The notes beneath the pieces were generated by a model. It did no database searches. It was not told the origin of the DNA and saw nothing but the letters and a program-made list of their open reading frames with translations. From Chrysomallon squamiferum (lineage: Eukaryota > Animalia > Mollusca), in contig CM022677.1 of assembly GCA_012295275.1 (NCBI GenBank), forward strand, positions 6,262,001-6,326,000: 64,000 bases of DNA. The letters run 5' to 3'. Below are positions 31,690 to 50,636 of the stretch, piece after piece (position 1 is the first letter of the stretch; every line of letters starts with the position of its first letter). Position numbers and translations under genes: made by a program.

Positions 31690-31800
31690 AGCCTGACGTC
31701 ATTGTTTTGTTAAGAATTAAAAAATTGAGATCATTTCATCTTGAGCGCGCGGTAGCCTGTTTACCTTCAAAGTGACGTCATTAACTATGAAGTGACGTAC
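31690..31800. promoter_or_regulatory. Cluster of CRE-like TGACGTCA sites upstream of the Ig pseudogene
   Basis: tgacgtca near 31695 and 31773, and tgacgtac near 31793, in CpG-poor surroundings. Confidence 0.25.
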
Positions 31801-31868
31801 TTGAAAAATTGTCTGCTGTTTCTGAAAAAGATAATTTTGTGTGTATGTATGTTTGTATGTGTGTATGT

Positions 31869-31900
<32 letters not shown>

Positions 31901-32079
31901 TCTGTATCTTCCTCTTTATCTTATCATTATTTGGTGGATTATTTGGTGCCTTACTTGTTGAGTGGTTACGATTATAAAATATTTATGTAATATTCACCGA
32001 AAAGTATTTTGATTATTAATATTATTTGTGTATCGTTTTTCATTGATACAATTCAAAAGACACGATACTCGCCAGTTCA

Positions 32080-32279
32080 NNNNNNNNNNNNNNNNNNNNN
32101 NNNNNNNNNNNNNNNNNNNNNNNNNNNNNNNNNNNNNNNNNNNNNNNNNNNNNNNNNNNNNNNNNNNNNNNNNNNNNNNNNNNNNNNNNNNNNNNNNNNN
32201 NNNNNNNNNNNNNNNNNNNNNNNNNNNNNNNNNNNNNNNNNNNNNNNNNNNNNNNNNNNNNNNNNNNNNNNNNNNNNNN
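32080..32279. other. Assembly gap (200 N)
   Basis: A run of exactly 200 N, typical of a fixed-size scaffold join; the true distance is unknown. Confidence 0.99.
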
Positions 32280-32415
32280 GAGTAGTGCACATGTGCAAAG
32301 AGTCTCTGAAGACACTGCCAGAACTGGCTCATATAACATTTGCCCAAACCTAAATGCCAGACTGAAAAGACCAATGCAGGAATGCACCTCACAGACTGCA
32401 GGCATAGAACATTTA

Positions 32416-32735
32416 TTTGTGTGCTTTTCACAACAGACATTTTGTAGTATTAATGACAGTGTTTGTGTGCTTTTCACAACAGACATTTTGTAGTATTAAT
32501 GACAGTGTTTGTGTGCTTTTCACAACAGACATTTTTGTATTAATGACAGTGTTTGTGTGTTTTCTACAACAGACATTTCTCTAGGCATTAATGACAGTGT
32601 TTGTGTGTCTTTCAGACATTTCAGGTATTAATGACAGTGTTTGTGTAGGTAACAACAGACATTTTGTGATTAATGGACAGTGTTTGTGTGTTTCTCAAAT
32701 AGACATTTTGTAGTATTAATGACAGTGTTTGTGTG
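32416..32735. repeat. Minisatellite, about 46-bp unit, about 7 copies
   Basis: Unit tttgtgtgcttttcacaacagacattttgtagtattaatgacagtg. Confidence 0.9.
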
Positions 32736-35324
32736 TAACTAAAAAATCTACTTTGTTGTCTTGTGATGAGTTCTGTAAACCAGCAAGAAAGAAAAAAAAA
32801 AAAAAACAGATACAAATAAACACATAAACCAAATGGAACAAATATCAAAATGACATGGCAAACTGATGAAATTGTATACAAATATAGTAAAACAATAAAA
32901 TTCAAACAACCATTATAATATATAATTTACACTGTGTATAATAAGTTCACAGCAGTAAAATATCAGTTGAGATATAATTTATCATAATATGGTATGTGAT
33001 ATATTTTGAAATTTTATCATTTACTAAAAATATTTTGTTGTGTTTTACTATTCATTTTTATAATGATTATCACAAGTAAAACTGTCTTTTTAGAAAGCTT
33101 TTCAAAGTTAAAAGTGAAGATCTTGATACCTCAAAAGTCTACGGGATCTCCCCATTAGCTATCCTGACAAACATCTGTGATAAGATAGTGTTAAATGTTC
33201 CATCAGGCAGTGGACTTTTGAACATATGTAAGTCTTTTCAAGTTGTAGTAAATTTATTTTATTTTAATACATGTAGGACATAAAATGTGTGTTAAATGAA
33301 CACATGCCATGTTTGATCACAGAAGAAGATATCACACACAAATAATATTTACCAATTTGATATTTTAAACACTTTTATGAATCTGATAACTCCTTTCTAC
33401 ATGTGTACACTATGTCTTCTCACTCATTTCCGATCCTCATCTTCCAAATGGTGGAATATTATTTAATCTAAATTCCATTCCTTCAACTTCCCTTTTAATG
33501 TCAAAGCTTTTATCACCCAACAGACCAAAACCTTATTTAGATAACCATATTCTGATTTAATATTGCATGGATTATGTTGTTCACATACTGTTACTTTTAC
33601 TTCCCAGTTTAAAGGAATACAAAGCAAATATGATAAAATGTTCTGTCATAGACACAGCTTACAAAACACATGTAGTAAAACATAAACAAACCCCTAAGTA
33701 AGTCACATTCATTCATGAGAGGGTTTTACATTACATTATAAATTGTTTTATAAATGTATATGTGATACAAATAAAAGTATATATAAACAATTTTTTTCCA
33801 TATTTTAATATTTTCTTTCCTATATTTGTAACTGGATAAAAGGATAGTATTTATATGTATCCTGTAACAATGGGTTGGTCAGTATTACTTGAAGACCAAA
33901 TTCACTATATTCCATTTTATATTTATGTGAATTTTAAACAATAAGTATTGTTTTAGATATTTCTTGTTGATTTATAATCCCAGGATTAGAAAATGGAATC
34001 AATCATATCAGGGAATCTGCTGATGTTAATGTGTTTCTATGAGAGAGAAAACAGAAGCCTGTCACAAAAACAACTCAAATTTAAGAAGAAAACTGCAAAA
34101 GTGAAGTTAATTGTTTTTGGTTAAATATTACTTTCCACACTTTGTACTTAGAACTGAAGAATTTCTTTAAATGATTCATTGATCAACTATTTTATCTACA
34201 GCACCATCCCCCATCAATGGGATATTTTTGGAGAGTAAAAATACCTTAAAATGTCATTGATGTTACTGTCTGTGTTCAAGTGCTCTTGTTTTATAATTAA
34301 AGCTACATTATTTTTGTATTTTCTTTATTTAACTTAAGTTAGCATCATGAAGTTACAAAGGAAAAAAAAGACAACACAACCTAGAAACCTTTCCAGTTTA
34401 ATAAAATACCTTAATCCAATGTTTAAATTAATTTCATGTTGAAGAAACAAATCCATTTGTCCATTGAAATGTTTCCATGTTATCACTGAATTTGTTTTTA
34501 TTCTTAATATTTTAATTCTCTTTTTTATTTGTAGGATTCTAGGAACTCAGAAGTCAGGTAAATGAAACTGTTGCTTATATGGACATCCCTGGAAACCCTC
34601 TTGGTCTTTTCAAAGATGTCACAGAAAGATCTCTGGCCTTGTTAATGGAAATGTGAGTGGATTTCCTAGAAATGTTGTTATGTGTTTCTAATTCTGCAGC
34701 AAATTTAGTTGTGATAGTTCCCTGTATTACATCTCTTTCAGGGAATGATATTTCATTTAATCAGAAATAAAAGGTTTAATGTTTTAATTAAAAATATATT
34801 TTTTCAATTCTTTCTGTCATTTTGCAACAATGTAAATAAAATGATATAAAAGGTTGTGACTTATAATGATGACTAGAAAATTACTAGCAACCTTACTGAA
34901 TACTTTCATTATGTTGTTTTGATAACCATACAAATGCAAACTTTACTTCTGTGAATGAACTGTTTTATATTCTTAAACAACAACAAAAAAAAATCCACAC
35001 ATTTATTTAAGTATTTTATTAACTTGTAATGGTAATGGATGCACTATTTATTACTAGAAACAAAATCAACGAAATAATAATATATTTCTTTATTTCTTTA
35101 TTTATTTATTTATTTATTTCTTTATGTATATTTTTTGTTTGTTTGATGAAATTAATAAATTGTAAATTATTTCAAAATTATGAACATCTTGTACAGGTAG
35201 CAGTTCTGTATTTGACAGGTACAATCTCCATGGAGACCAGTACACTCAGACTGGTGAACTAAGAAAAAGGGAGGTAATTCATCGTATCACATTGCAGCAG
35301 GTGTTAAGAGTCTGTGATATGAAA

Positions 35325-35600
35325 CACTGGTTTTACACTCTTCATGCAGAATTCCAGGACATCACATACCCTCTTCTTTACATGTTCCTTCCAAACAAGA
35401 CTCAAGCTACTTATGTCTCAGTTTTTCAACTCTTGAAGATTGAAGCAGAAAAAAACTTCAGTTTGAAGCCACAGATTATCTAGACCGACTTTGAGAAAGC
35501 TGTCTCCAGTGCAGCAGTGAAAGAGTTCAAGGAGATGTTTTTTCAGCAGTGTCCAAGCTCTGTGGAGGAAGATTCAGCATATTGGTCATACAAAGAAGAT
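35325..35600 (+). mobile_element. Mutator-like (MULE) transposase fragment
   Basis: FYTLHA...YPLLYMFLPNKTQATYVSVF..L......LKPQII*TDFEKAV..A..KEF, then frameshifted CFFS.VQALWRKIQHIG; matches the MULE core pattern (DFE.A...C.FH..Q..WRKIQ..G). Confidence 0.85.
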
Positions 35601-36297
35601 TCTGGTAACAGTAGTGTAAGATTTAGAATCATCTAGTTAAAGTTCTTAGTGATTAGGTAAAAGAAAATGAGTAGTAATATACTGACAGATTAGTCTTCAA
35701 GTTTGTTTTCATTAATATATATTCTATAAAATGTTTAATGTCTTCAGTTATTTTACACCTAATATCAAACTATATTATAGTATAAATTTTAAAAACAATC
35801 AAATTAGTTTGTTTTATTTTTATTTACTGTTTTATTTGTTTTATGTTCATTTAAAATTATTTTTCTGAGGCTTTAGGTTTTAGATTAAAATCAACTATTA
35901 TAGTAATAATTATATTAATTCACACAGCAGGAAAACTATATTCATATGGGTGAAAATACTGTTTATTAATGTTTAATATCTTTTTATTTTATTTTATTTT
36001 ATAATTAATTTTTAATTTAATCAACATCATTTTTTAGTTTTTGTTGTAGAGTTAATAATGGTTAATGACATTTAGTCAAAAATATTTTTATTTATTACAG
36101 GGATTCTTGAAAGGAACTGGTTGATAATGGAGTTATTGAAACTGTGTTCAAGTCTGTTTCAGGAATGTTTGATTTGACGTCTGCTCTAAATTCCTATCAC
36201 AGACAGAAACCAGCCTGAATCCATCCCCAGAGATGTTGCTGTGTTCTGCTGGGTTGCTTCCAACACATTCAAGTCCACAAACAGAGTTCAGCAGCTG

Positions 36298-36819
36298 CAG
36301 TTGTCAGTGGTAATATTTTTACTCACAGTTTTAATATGTTAATGATACACAACACAACTGAGAGATGAGCTACTCAGTTGTCAGTGGTAATATTTTTACT
36401 CACAGTTTTAATATGTTAATGATACTCACCACAACTGAGAGATGAGCTACTCAGTTGTCAGTGGTAATATTTTTACTCACAGTTTTAAAATGTTAATGAT
36501 ACACAACACAACTGAGAGATGAGCTACTCAATTGTCAGTGGTAATATTTTTACTTACAGTTTTAATATGTTAATGATACTCACCACAACTGAGAGATGAG
36601 CTACTCAGTTGTCAGTGGTAATATTTTTACTCACAGTTTTAAAATGTTAATGATACACAACACAACTGAGAGATGAGCTACTCAGTTGTCAGTGGTAATA
36701 TTTTTACTCACAGTTTTAATATGTTAATGATACTCACCACAACTGAGAGATGAGTTACTCAGTTGTCAGTGGTAATATTTTTACTCACAGTTTTAATATG
36801 TTAATGGTACAACTGAGAG
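36298..36819. repeat. Minisatellite, 77-bp unit, about 6.8 copies, with alternating A/B variants (154-bp higher order)
   Basis: Units start at 36298, 36375, 36452, 36529, 36606, 36683 and 36760; they alternate gatacacaacac and gatactcaccac. Confidence 0.95.
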
Positions 36820-37712
36820 GTAAGTTATTCATTTCTTGTTTTTATAGATTATCAGTACACATGACAACACACACCTCACAGTTTTCTCATGAATTTTTTT
36901 TTTATATATACATTTTCTACTTATTTATTTATATATTTTGTTGGCTTTTGATTTCTAAAATTATTTTTATTTATTTTATTTGATATATATTGTTTTTAAT
37001 TTATTATTTTTGATGTTGTTGTTGTTATACTTATTAACATTTGTTTAAATTAAATGGAATTTATTTCAAATAAATATTTAAAATGTTAGTTTTATTTTCA
37101 GTGTTATTACTGAAGATTGACTGTACTGAAGCAGTGCTGGAGAAAAAAGTTCATGTTTTCTCTGATCACATGAAAACAGGTTTACTTTCTCAGCTGTTTT
37201 CATTAACACAACAGAATTAATTGACCATTCATTACATGTGGGTTTTTCAAGCACTGAGTGTGAAAAGATGAACATGATATGAACATAAATTCAGATTATA
37301 AGAGAGTTGTATTCACTTTTTTTAAATTATTTATTTTATATATTGTTTTTGCTTTAACTATAGATATATAAATAAATAAATATGCAAATAGTGATTTTTT
37401 ATTATTATTTTCAGATATGATTTGTTTGCTGTTTCTTCATAATTAATTTTTATATTTATATTCGTATCATTATTTTATTATTTTTATTTAAATAAAAATG
37501 TTTTTTGTCTTATTTTAGTTTTATAAATTCTTTCAGGATGATTAATATAAATAATTTGTGTTTTTCAGAATCCAGTGTCAGATCAGCCCAGGAGACAGTC
37601 TACCACCCTGACCTGACAACAAAAACAGAGGAAGTATTTTCTGTGAAACATCCAGTCAGATGTGAGAAGTCAGCCATTGATTAGAAAGTGAGTGAATTTG
37701 TTACACAGAGCT

Positions 37713-38682
37713 TACATTTAGATTTAGAAACTGAAATACACACACACAGTCATGTTAACATTTAGATTTAGTAACTGAAATACACACATACAGTCATGTT
37801 AACATTTAGATTTAGTAATCGAAATACACACATACAGTCATGTTAACATTTAGATTTAGTAACTGAAATACACACATACAGTCATATTAACATTTAGATT
37901 TAGTAACTGAAATACACACATACAGTCATGTTAACATTTAGATTTAGTAACTGAAATACACACATACAGTCATATTAACATTTAGATTTAGTAACTGAAA
38001 TACACACATACAGTCATATTAACATTTAGATTTAGTAACTGAAATACACACATACAGTCATGTTAACATTTAGATTTAGTAACTGAAATACACACATACA
38101 GTCATGTTAACGTATATTTAGTAACTGAAATACACACATACAGTCATGTTAACATTTAGATTTAGTAACTGAAATACACACATACAGTCATGTTAACATT
38201 TAGATTTAGTAACTGAAATACACACATACAGTCATGTTAACATTTAGATTTAGTAATTGAAATACACACATACAGTCATGTTAACATGTATATTTAGAAA
38301 CTGAAATACACACAGTCATGTTAACATTTAGATTTAGTAACTGAAATACACACATACAGTCATGTTAACATTTAGATTTAGTAACTGAAATACACACATA
38401 CAGTCATGTTAACATTTAGATTTAGAAACTGAAATACACACATACAGTCATGTTAACATTTAGATTTAGAAACTGAAATACACACATACAGTCATGTTAA
38501 CATTTAGATTTAGTAACTGAAATACACACATACAGTCATGTTAACATTTAGATTTAGTAACTGAAATACACACATACAGTCATATTAACATTTAGATTTA
38601 GTAGCTGAAATACACACATACAGTCATGTTAACGTTTAGATTTAGAAACTGAAATACACACATACAGTCATGTTAACATTTT
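37713..38682. repeat. Minisatellite, 44-bp unit, about 22 copies
   Basis: Unit aacatttagatttagtaactgaaatacacacatacagtcatgtt; highly homogeneous. Confidence 0.97.
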
Positions 38683-41600
38683 AAATGTTAACTTAGTACA
38701 TTAATATCAAGAAAGTGAATGACACTTTGTAGAATTATTTCATCTATACTTCAAACTTGATTTATTCAAACTTGTGTGTTAAAGTCAGATGTCCCCTGTC
38801 AATACTTTAGCTAACATTTAAATAATAATTTGCTTTTGTTTCCAGTGAATGAAAGGATTATTAATGATACATTTTTGTTTTGTTTTTATTACTTTACCGG
38901 ATAAACCAGACATGCTGACCAGAAAAATGTCAAATAATTAAGTCACAACCCATTTGAATCATATCTAATCTTTATTTTACATGTAAAATTGTATAATCCA
39001 CATTAATATTGTTGGTACAACTCAGAATATTATTTTATTTTAATTACAACTTTTACATTTTTTAGATTTTCTGCAGGTTCTTTTATGATGAGCTTGGTTT
39101 GAGAATGAAAGAAAACATGTGAGAAGTGATGTCCTCTGATTCTAAAATCACTTCTCAATTTCCCCTCCAAGTTCTTCGAGTTTTCTGATCACCCTGAACT
39201 AAGAAAATGAAACATCTCAACAACAAATATGAAGAACTGAATTCTTGGATAAAATTGAAAGCTTTTAGAAAGTTCCACACCAAAATAACATTTTAAAAAC
39301 ATTACTAGTGTGAATCATGGACTGTTCTTACTGAAGAATCTGTAACATTGTGACACTGAATTGAGATTCAAAGTCACAGTGTTGTTCATGAAAGATATAA
39401 TCAGATGTAGACAGTACACAGAATGTTTGTACCAGACACAGCACCAAGTACAGTCAAGTCTGTGAAAAAAAAAATATTAAAAGAAAAAAGGGCTAAACCT
39501 AGACATCTTTAACTGCTGCAAATCTTATGGCTCAAGGGAGATAATGTTATTTATATATTTATTTATTGATTTATTTTTATTTTAAAGAATAATCAACTTA
39601 ATCACATAATCCAAATATAAAATAACAAATAATATGAAAATTTCTGTTAAAGATTAAAAAAAAAAAAACAAAGTATGTTAATAAAACATAAAGTGGAAGA
39701 TGATACGTTGTTTGTAAGCTATATTATAAAGAAATTTTCTTAATGAATAATTTGCACATCACATTACCACATTATAGTTGTTTCTTAATTTTTTTATTTT
39801 TTTTTTCTAACCAAATGTCTTGATATTGTTATTTTATTTTGTTAATATATTTTTATTAACAAAACAGAAATGTTGGTATTTTTGTGTTTTATAGCACTCA
39901 GCTCTTCAAAGGCTTATGAAACATTTTATACCATGTTTTTTTTTCAAAGATTCTAATTTAGGATTATTGTGTTTTCTGTTGTTTATTACATATTTTTAGC
40001 TAGCAGTTTCATCAGCTTGGGAAACAATTTCATAAGAGTGGAGAAATTTTTTATTTACATAGTTTTGAAATAATTGTAGAAGTAATAGATGTAATTGTGG
40101 AGATAGTGATACAAATAAATAGATAGATAGATGTAAGTATGTTTTAACATTATGACTGGGTTAAGGAAAACAGGTCTGGACTGATTTCAGTATTCTATAC
40201 CTGGTTTATGTTTAACAAAGATCTTTTTTATGGATTTCCCTGCAAATGTACACGTAGATATTAATATTAATTTGCTATTTTAAAAACAAATGTAAATCAT
40301 TTTGATACTTTTATAATATTTAAATAGTTTATTCACATCTATGAGTTTATTTATATATCTCTGTCTGTATGTCTGTCTGTCTGAGTATTGTTATGTTAAA
40401 TACTAAGTTACATGTTGTGTCTGTTAGAGTCATGGCTCATAAAGCCATATTTCTATTGTGTTTTTGTTTATATATGCGTACATTGTTTATCCAAAATGTC
40501 TTCTTACTGCGGGTTCCTTAGCAATGCATTAACATTCATGATTTGGGAACTGATCAACTAGAAGTTGACTGTCTTTAGGATTAAAATAAAAACAATTATA
40601 AGGAGGCAAATAAATAAAGCATAGAGTTATATGTGTGTGTGTGTGTGTATGAGAGAGAGAGAGAGATAAATAAACTGATAGACAGATGTCAATACACTGT
40701 TTAAATATTATAGAAGTATCAAAATTATTTACAATTTTACAGCAGAAATCGAATAATCAGCCTTCTGGTGAAGCCGCTTTGTCTCTCAAAGGCGAGGTCC
40801 GAGCAATGTCACCAAAATTACAATAAAAGTAAAGAAAACATTTAATTGAGATGACGTATATATATTCCGTTTTCATAGCAATAGTAGTACACGTGTTTTA
40901 TGACTAGTTACATATATATTACAATGTAATGATTACAGCTATATTACAATATCATCCAGTTAGTCGTTCAATTTCAGACAGGATTTATTGTTTCCAGTGT
41001 GGGGGTGTGTCCGTGTGTGTGTGTCTGTGTGTGCGTGAGTGTGGGTGTGTGGGTGTGTGTGAGTATGGGTGTGTCTGTGTGTGTGTGTGTGTGTGTCAGT
41101 GTATAGGTGGGTGTGTATGCGTGTGCGCGCGCATTTTCTCTCGAGTACAACATGTACGTTATTCGTGGTGGTGAATGATAACCAAGAAAGACCTAATTCC
41201 AGCAAGATTATTATTCAGATTTAAAAATATATTAATTAATTAATTAATGATGATGATACTACTACTACTTTTACTACAACTAGTACTACTAACAGCAACA
41301 CCAACAATAACAATAATAATAATAATAATAGCCATAATAATAATAATTAATTAATAATATTATGAGTATATTTCACAGAAAATAATAGCTTTTATTCATT
41401 GAGATTTGTCACACATAAACAAAAAATGTTTTTCTCTTTCTTTTCTTAGATGAAAAGGGTCTCTGTATATTTTATTATTTCTATGTTAGTCTTTACATGG
41501 ACTGAGCGATAAGTAAATATTTTATTTTTTTATTATCATTTGTTAGCGAGAAAAGTATCATTTCATAAATTACATTCACAAATGTTAATACTTCTATTTA

Positions 41601-41939
41601 CTCTCGACTACTAGATTTAAAAAAAAAAGATTAAATTCATATCACAATATGTTAGATGGGGAAATTAGTTTAATACTGACATAAAGTTTGAAGAAAGGTG
41701 ACAGTTTAAGTGTACGTGTGGCTGTATTTGTTTAACTGTAATGTACTTTCTTTATTTAACAAGACGATCAGATTTTCATCATCTTTGGGTGTGGAGTGTA
41801 TTCTTTATAGTACTCCTGAATAAATCTGTCATTATAAAACACTTGTAACGTTTTTATTATTCGTGCAAACAAACAACATAGTAAGTTTCGCTTCAGTAAA
41901 CAAACAAAATATTATTTGAAAAAAAATCCAATTCGTTGA

Positions 41940-42030
41940 TGCGGAGACGTGGTAAATGAAGAAGAAAGAAAGCATTCCTTTGTTCGTCAGTGACGTCATC
42001 TTTATCTCCTGACAGTCGCCATATTGAAGA
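41940..42030. promoter_or_regulatory. Promoter-like island with CRE and YY1 motifs
   Basis: TGACGTCA at 41991-41998 and CGCCATATT at 42017-42025; no linked gene identified. Confidence 0.3.
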
Positions 42031-42454
42031 CTTTTTTCTTTTGTTTAGAGGTTAACTGAACAAAGGTGGCAGATTTCACTTTGTCTCTTCAACCTTTTCC
42101 TTCGTGGAAAAAAATATGTGTGTATGTATCTTCCCCAGGAAACTAAAGTTCGAAATGACAAATATATATATATATATATATATATAGAATAGAAAACATA
42201 TATATATATATAGCTATGAAAGTAGCGGCAACATCTGTTAAAATAAGTTAAGTTTATTTTTGTAAGCTATGAAATAAGCTAACATAAAATTCAGTCCACT
42301 TCTCTGTAAATTTACTGACAAAGCTGTAGATAAACAGAGGGCGAATCAGCTGCACATTATCAACACATTTCATATAATAATTAATATCAATTTAGTTATA
42401 TTGACAGAAGATAATAATTTTACTCAATCAGACTTGTTTCACACAGACACACGT

Positions 42455-47725
<5,271 letters not shown>

Positions 47726-48187
47726 CAACAGGTGCTGTCAGTACTTTAATTAATCATTGTTTATGAGAGAAGCTGGTCTGTAAATAATCTCAAATCAGAC
47801 TGTCGCTGTTTTTATTTGTTGGTTGTGTATCACAAGTATGGGACTAGAGGTGTTTGTAGCTGCAGCTAAAAAGAAAAATAGAAAAATCTCAAATTTTAAG
47901 GTTGCGGCGGGATGACATACTGTTCTTGTTGCAGTTTAACAGACACACTCCACTTGAAACCGTTCTTAGACTCAGATATAATTAACTTTGGGAAAAAACC
48001 CAGTTTGACCCATTTCTAACGTGCAAATATTTGTTGTTCATATCAAAATCACATGTGGAAGGAATGTTTATAGTGAGATGCAATTAAAAACACCACCACT
48101 TCTGCTGTGTGTGGTATATTAGCAGGGGTTTGTCATTTCTATACACAAATCCTGGTTAGTCAAATGTTCTTTTTCGGCGACTTCACG

Positions 48188-48218
<31 letters not shown>

Positions 48219-48681
48219 TGTGTGTGTGTGTTTATGTATGTATGTATGTATTATTTGTGTGTGTGTATACACACGCACTTATACACATGCATATACATAT
48301 ACTATTAGTCAATGTTTGCAGAAAAGAAACAAATAAATAAATAAATAAATAAATAACAAAAGTAAATAATAATACCTGATACATTTATTTCTATATCTTT
48401 GTAATTCACCTGTTTACATTTTAAACACAAATTAAATAAAAAAATAAACGAAGTGAAAATTCATAATAAAAATACAAATTTATTTATCTGTTTTTTCGTT
48501 TATTTATATCTCGTAAATAAACAAAGAGTTGCTAGTCTTAGTAAAAGAAAATGGACAAATAAATCAAAAGTAACAGTTCTTATTTTCATGTCTAACAACC
48601 AGGAAATACATACATAATGTGTCCAGATATTAACTGTTTTTTTCATATGCAAAAAGCAAAATGCATAAATAAATAAATATA

Positions 48682-48732
<51 letters not shown>

Positions 48733-48912
48733 AAATAAACAATAACAGTAATAACAATAATCAAGAAATGAGATGTTTATATACATCATGCACGTGTTTC
48801 ACAGAAATCAGTTCATTAGAAATCAAAAATTCAAATCAAGTGTGTATGACGTCATCACTGCTGTCTGACGTCATCGTCATCAGAAACAAACATAAATAAA
48901 TAAACAAACAAA

Positions 48913-48975
<63 letters not shown>

Positions 48976-49028
48976 AAATGTGATCCCAGTGATGACTAAA
49001 AGTGACAGTGTTTGAACGATGTTGTTTT

Positions 49029-50091
49029 TTACACTAAAAATAACAAAGCAGGTATTTGTCCGATTGTCACACCTGTACGAAGTTGTCTGTCACTGTGTTT
49101 AGATTTGTGTGACTTAGAAAATCTACAAACAAAAGAGTCTACAACAATTTCTGATTTACCTTTATATCCACACCATGTGCGTCCTCCCTTAATATTAACA
49201 AACAAGCTGTACTCAGTGTCTTTAGTAATCTTCACTGGACGTCTGAACACGACGTCATACACGTCAGACACGTGTTCATATTTCTGTGTCGGTGTAGACC
49301 CGTCCAGTATTTCGTCTGTTCTTGTGTCAGTGACGAAGGCGCTGACGTCGTATTTGTGTGGTTGACTGAGACCGTACAACTGAAATCCGCGAAGTAAAAC
49401 GTTTTTGTTCACAGAGAAAGTAATGGCGTCATCTTCTTCACCAGTACATAGCCAGGAACCAAATACAGTACGACCACACGTACGAAACCTGTTTATTTTA
49501 ATCTGTGTTTTACGAATCATTGCAGTTCTCATGTTTGAGTTGAAAGGTGAAACATCTTCATCACTGCTCACCAGGTGTCTCAAAATCTTGTTTTCTTCTG
49601 TCTCAGTGAGTATGTGAGTGGGTGTCACGTGTTTTACAAAATACGTCTGATCGAGTAATGGATAACGCACGTGCTTCACGACCTCTCCCAGTGCTTCGCG
49701 CATGTTTTTTTCATTCGTCTGTCTTCCTTGCTTCCTGCACGCGCTGTCAGCCCACTTCACAGCGGCTTCAAAAACATTTTTCTCGTCTGCTGTCAGTTCG
49801 TCTGATCGTACGATCTCAACCAGACATTCGTGACAAAGATCGGTGACTTCATCTGACTTCAGAACTTCGTCGCCATTTTTCAAAATGAAGTCCAGACTTT
49901 TTTTCCTTAGATCATGTTCATCAAACAGGTGAGCTTGTTCCAGCACGACGCACGCATTCCGTGACGACAACGACGACTCCAAATATTTGACGCACTGTTC
50001 TTCCAGTGTCGTGACGATGTACTTCCTCGATAGATACAGCAGACCGGTGACGTTGTCGCCTGTTAGGACGACGTCATCCGTGTAAAGATAT
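49029..50091 (-). CDS. BTB-BACK-PHR protein (BTBD1/2/3/6 family), last exon
   Basis: Acceptor ttttacacag at 50092. Open frame: YLYTDDVVLTGDNVTGLLYLSRKYIV (BTB end), BACK (EKNVFEAAVKWA...VRYPLL) and PHR (INRF...W...DAITFSVNKNVLLRGFQLYG...GQIPALLF*). Confidence 0.92.
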
Positions 50092-50276
50092 CTGTGTAAA
50101 AGAAGTAGAGTAAGACTTTAAAATGTGAGATAATTATGTGAGATTATTCAATTAGAAAATAATTATATTACTAACAAAAACTGTATTGTTATCAACGTTC
50201 GTGTCGGTTTGTATGTTTCGTTACTTACTATGTTCGTACCTCTTTCGTTGGGTCTGTCTGTGTGTTGTGTCTGTGT

Positions 50277-50308
<32 letters not shown>

Positions 50309-50376
50309 CTGTGTGTTTGTGTGTGTGTGCCTGTGTGGCTGTGTGTGTGTGTGTGTGTGTGTGTTTGTTAACATAC

Positions 50377-50592
50377 TTTAAAAACTCTGTAAAAATATCT
50401 GCCTGAACATCAGGCAAGATGATGCTGTTTTGTTCGGGAAGTTCTCCCATAAACATTTTGTGGAAGACATTGCTTCTGATCATCAGGATGAAGCGATGAG
50501 CTTCTACAATTGTTTCTTCTTCCCCAACAATAAATCTGACGTCGCTGTCGTTCTCGTCTGTCAATCACTCCGTTAGTGTTTTATGCCAAAAA
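50377..50592 (-). CDS. BTB-BACK-PHR protein, BTB exon (start region disrupted)
   Basis: SDVRFIVGEE..IVEAHRFILMIRSNVFHKMF.GEL.E..IILPDV....F.EFLK; the donor aa|gtatgt joins in frame (phase 2) to 50091. There is an in-frame TGA at 50565-50567 and no ATG before the BTB. Confidence 0.88.
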
Positions 50593-50600
50593 CTAAAAAA

Positions 50601-50636
<36 letters not shown>

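Larger units (their letters stand above)
32280..39460 (+). pseudogene. Decayed multi-exon gene, product not identified
   Basis: AG/GT-bounded GC-richer islands at 33094-33227 (KLFKVKSEDLDTSKVYGISPLAILTNICDKIVLNVPSGSGLLNI), about 33984-34100, 34535-34652 (ELRSQVNETVAYMDIPGNPLGLFKDVTERSLALLME), 36101-36819, about 37102-37180, 37569-37687 and about 39066 onward. Several contain stops. Confidence 0.4.

Noticed and set aside
31994-32486. ORFs spanning the N run
   Set aside because: Artefacts of translating the assembly gap.
37713-38682. Regular 44-bp array (and the 50-, 77-, 46- and 38-bp arrays) as CRISPR
   Set aside because: Units are head-to-tail with no unique spacers, there are no cas genes, and the context is a eukaryotic intron.
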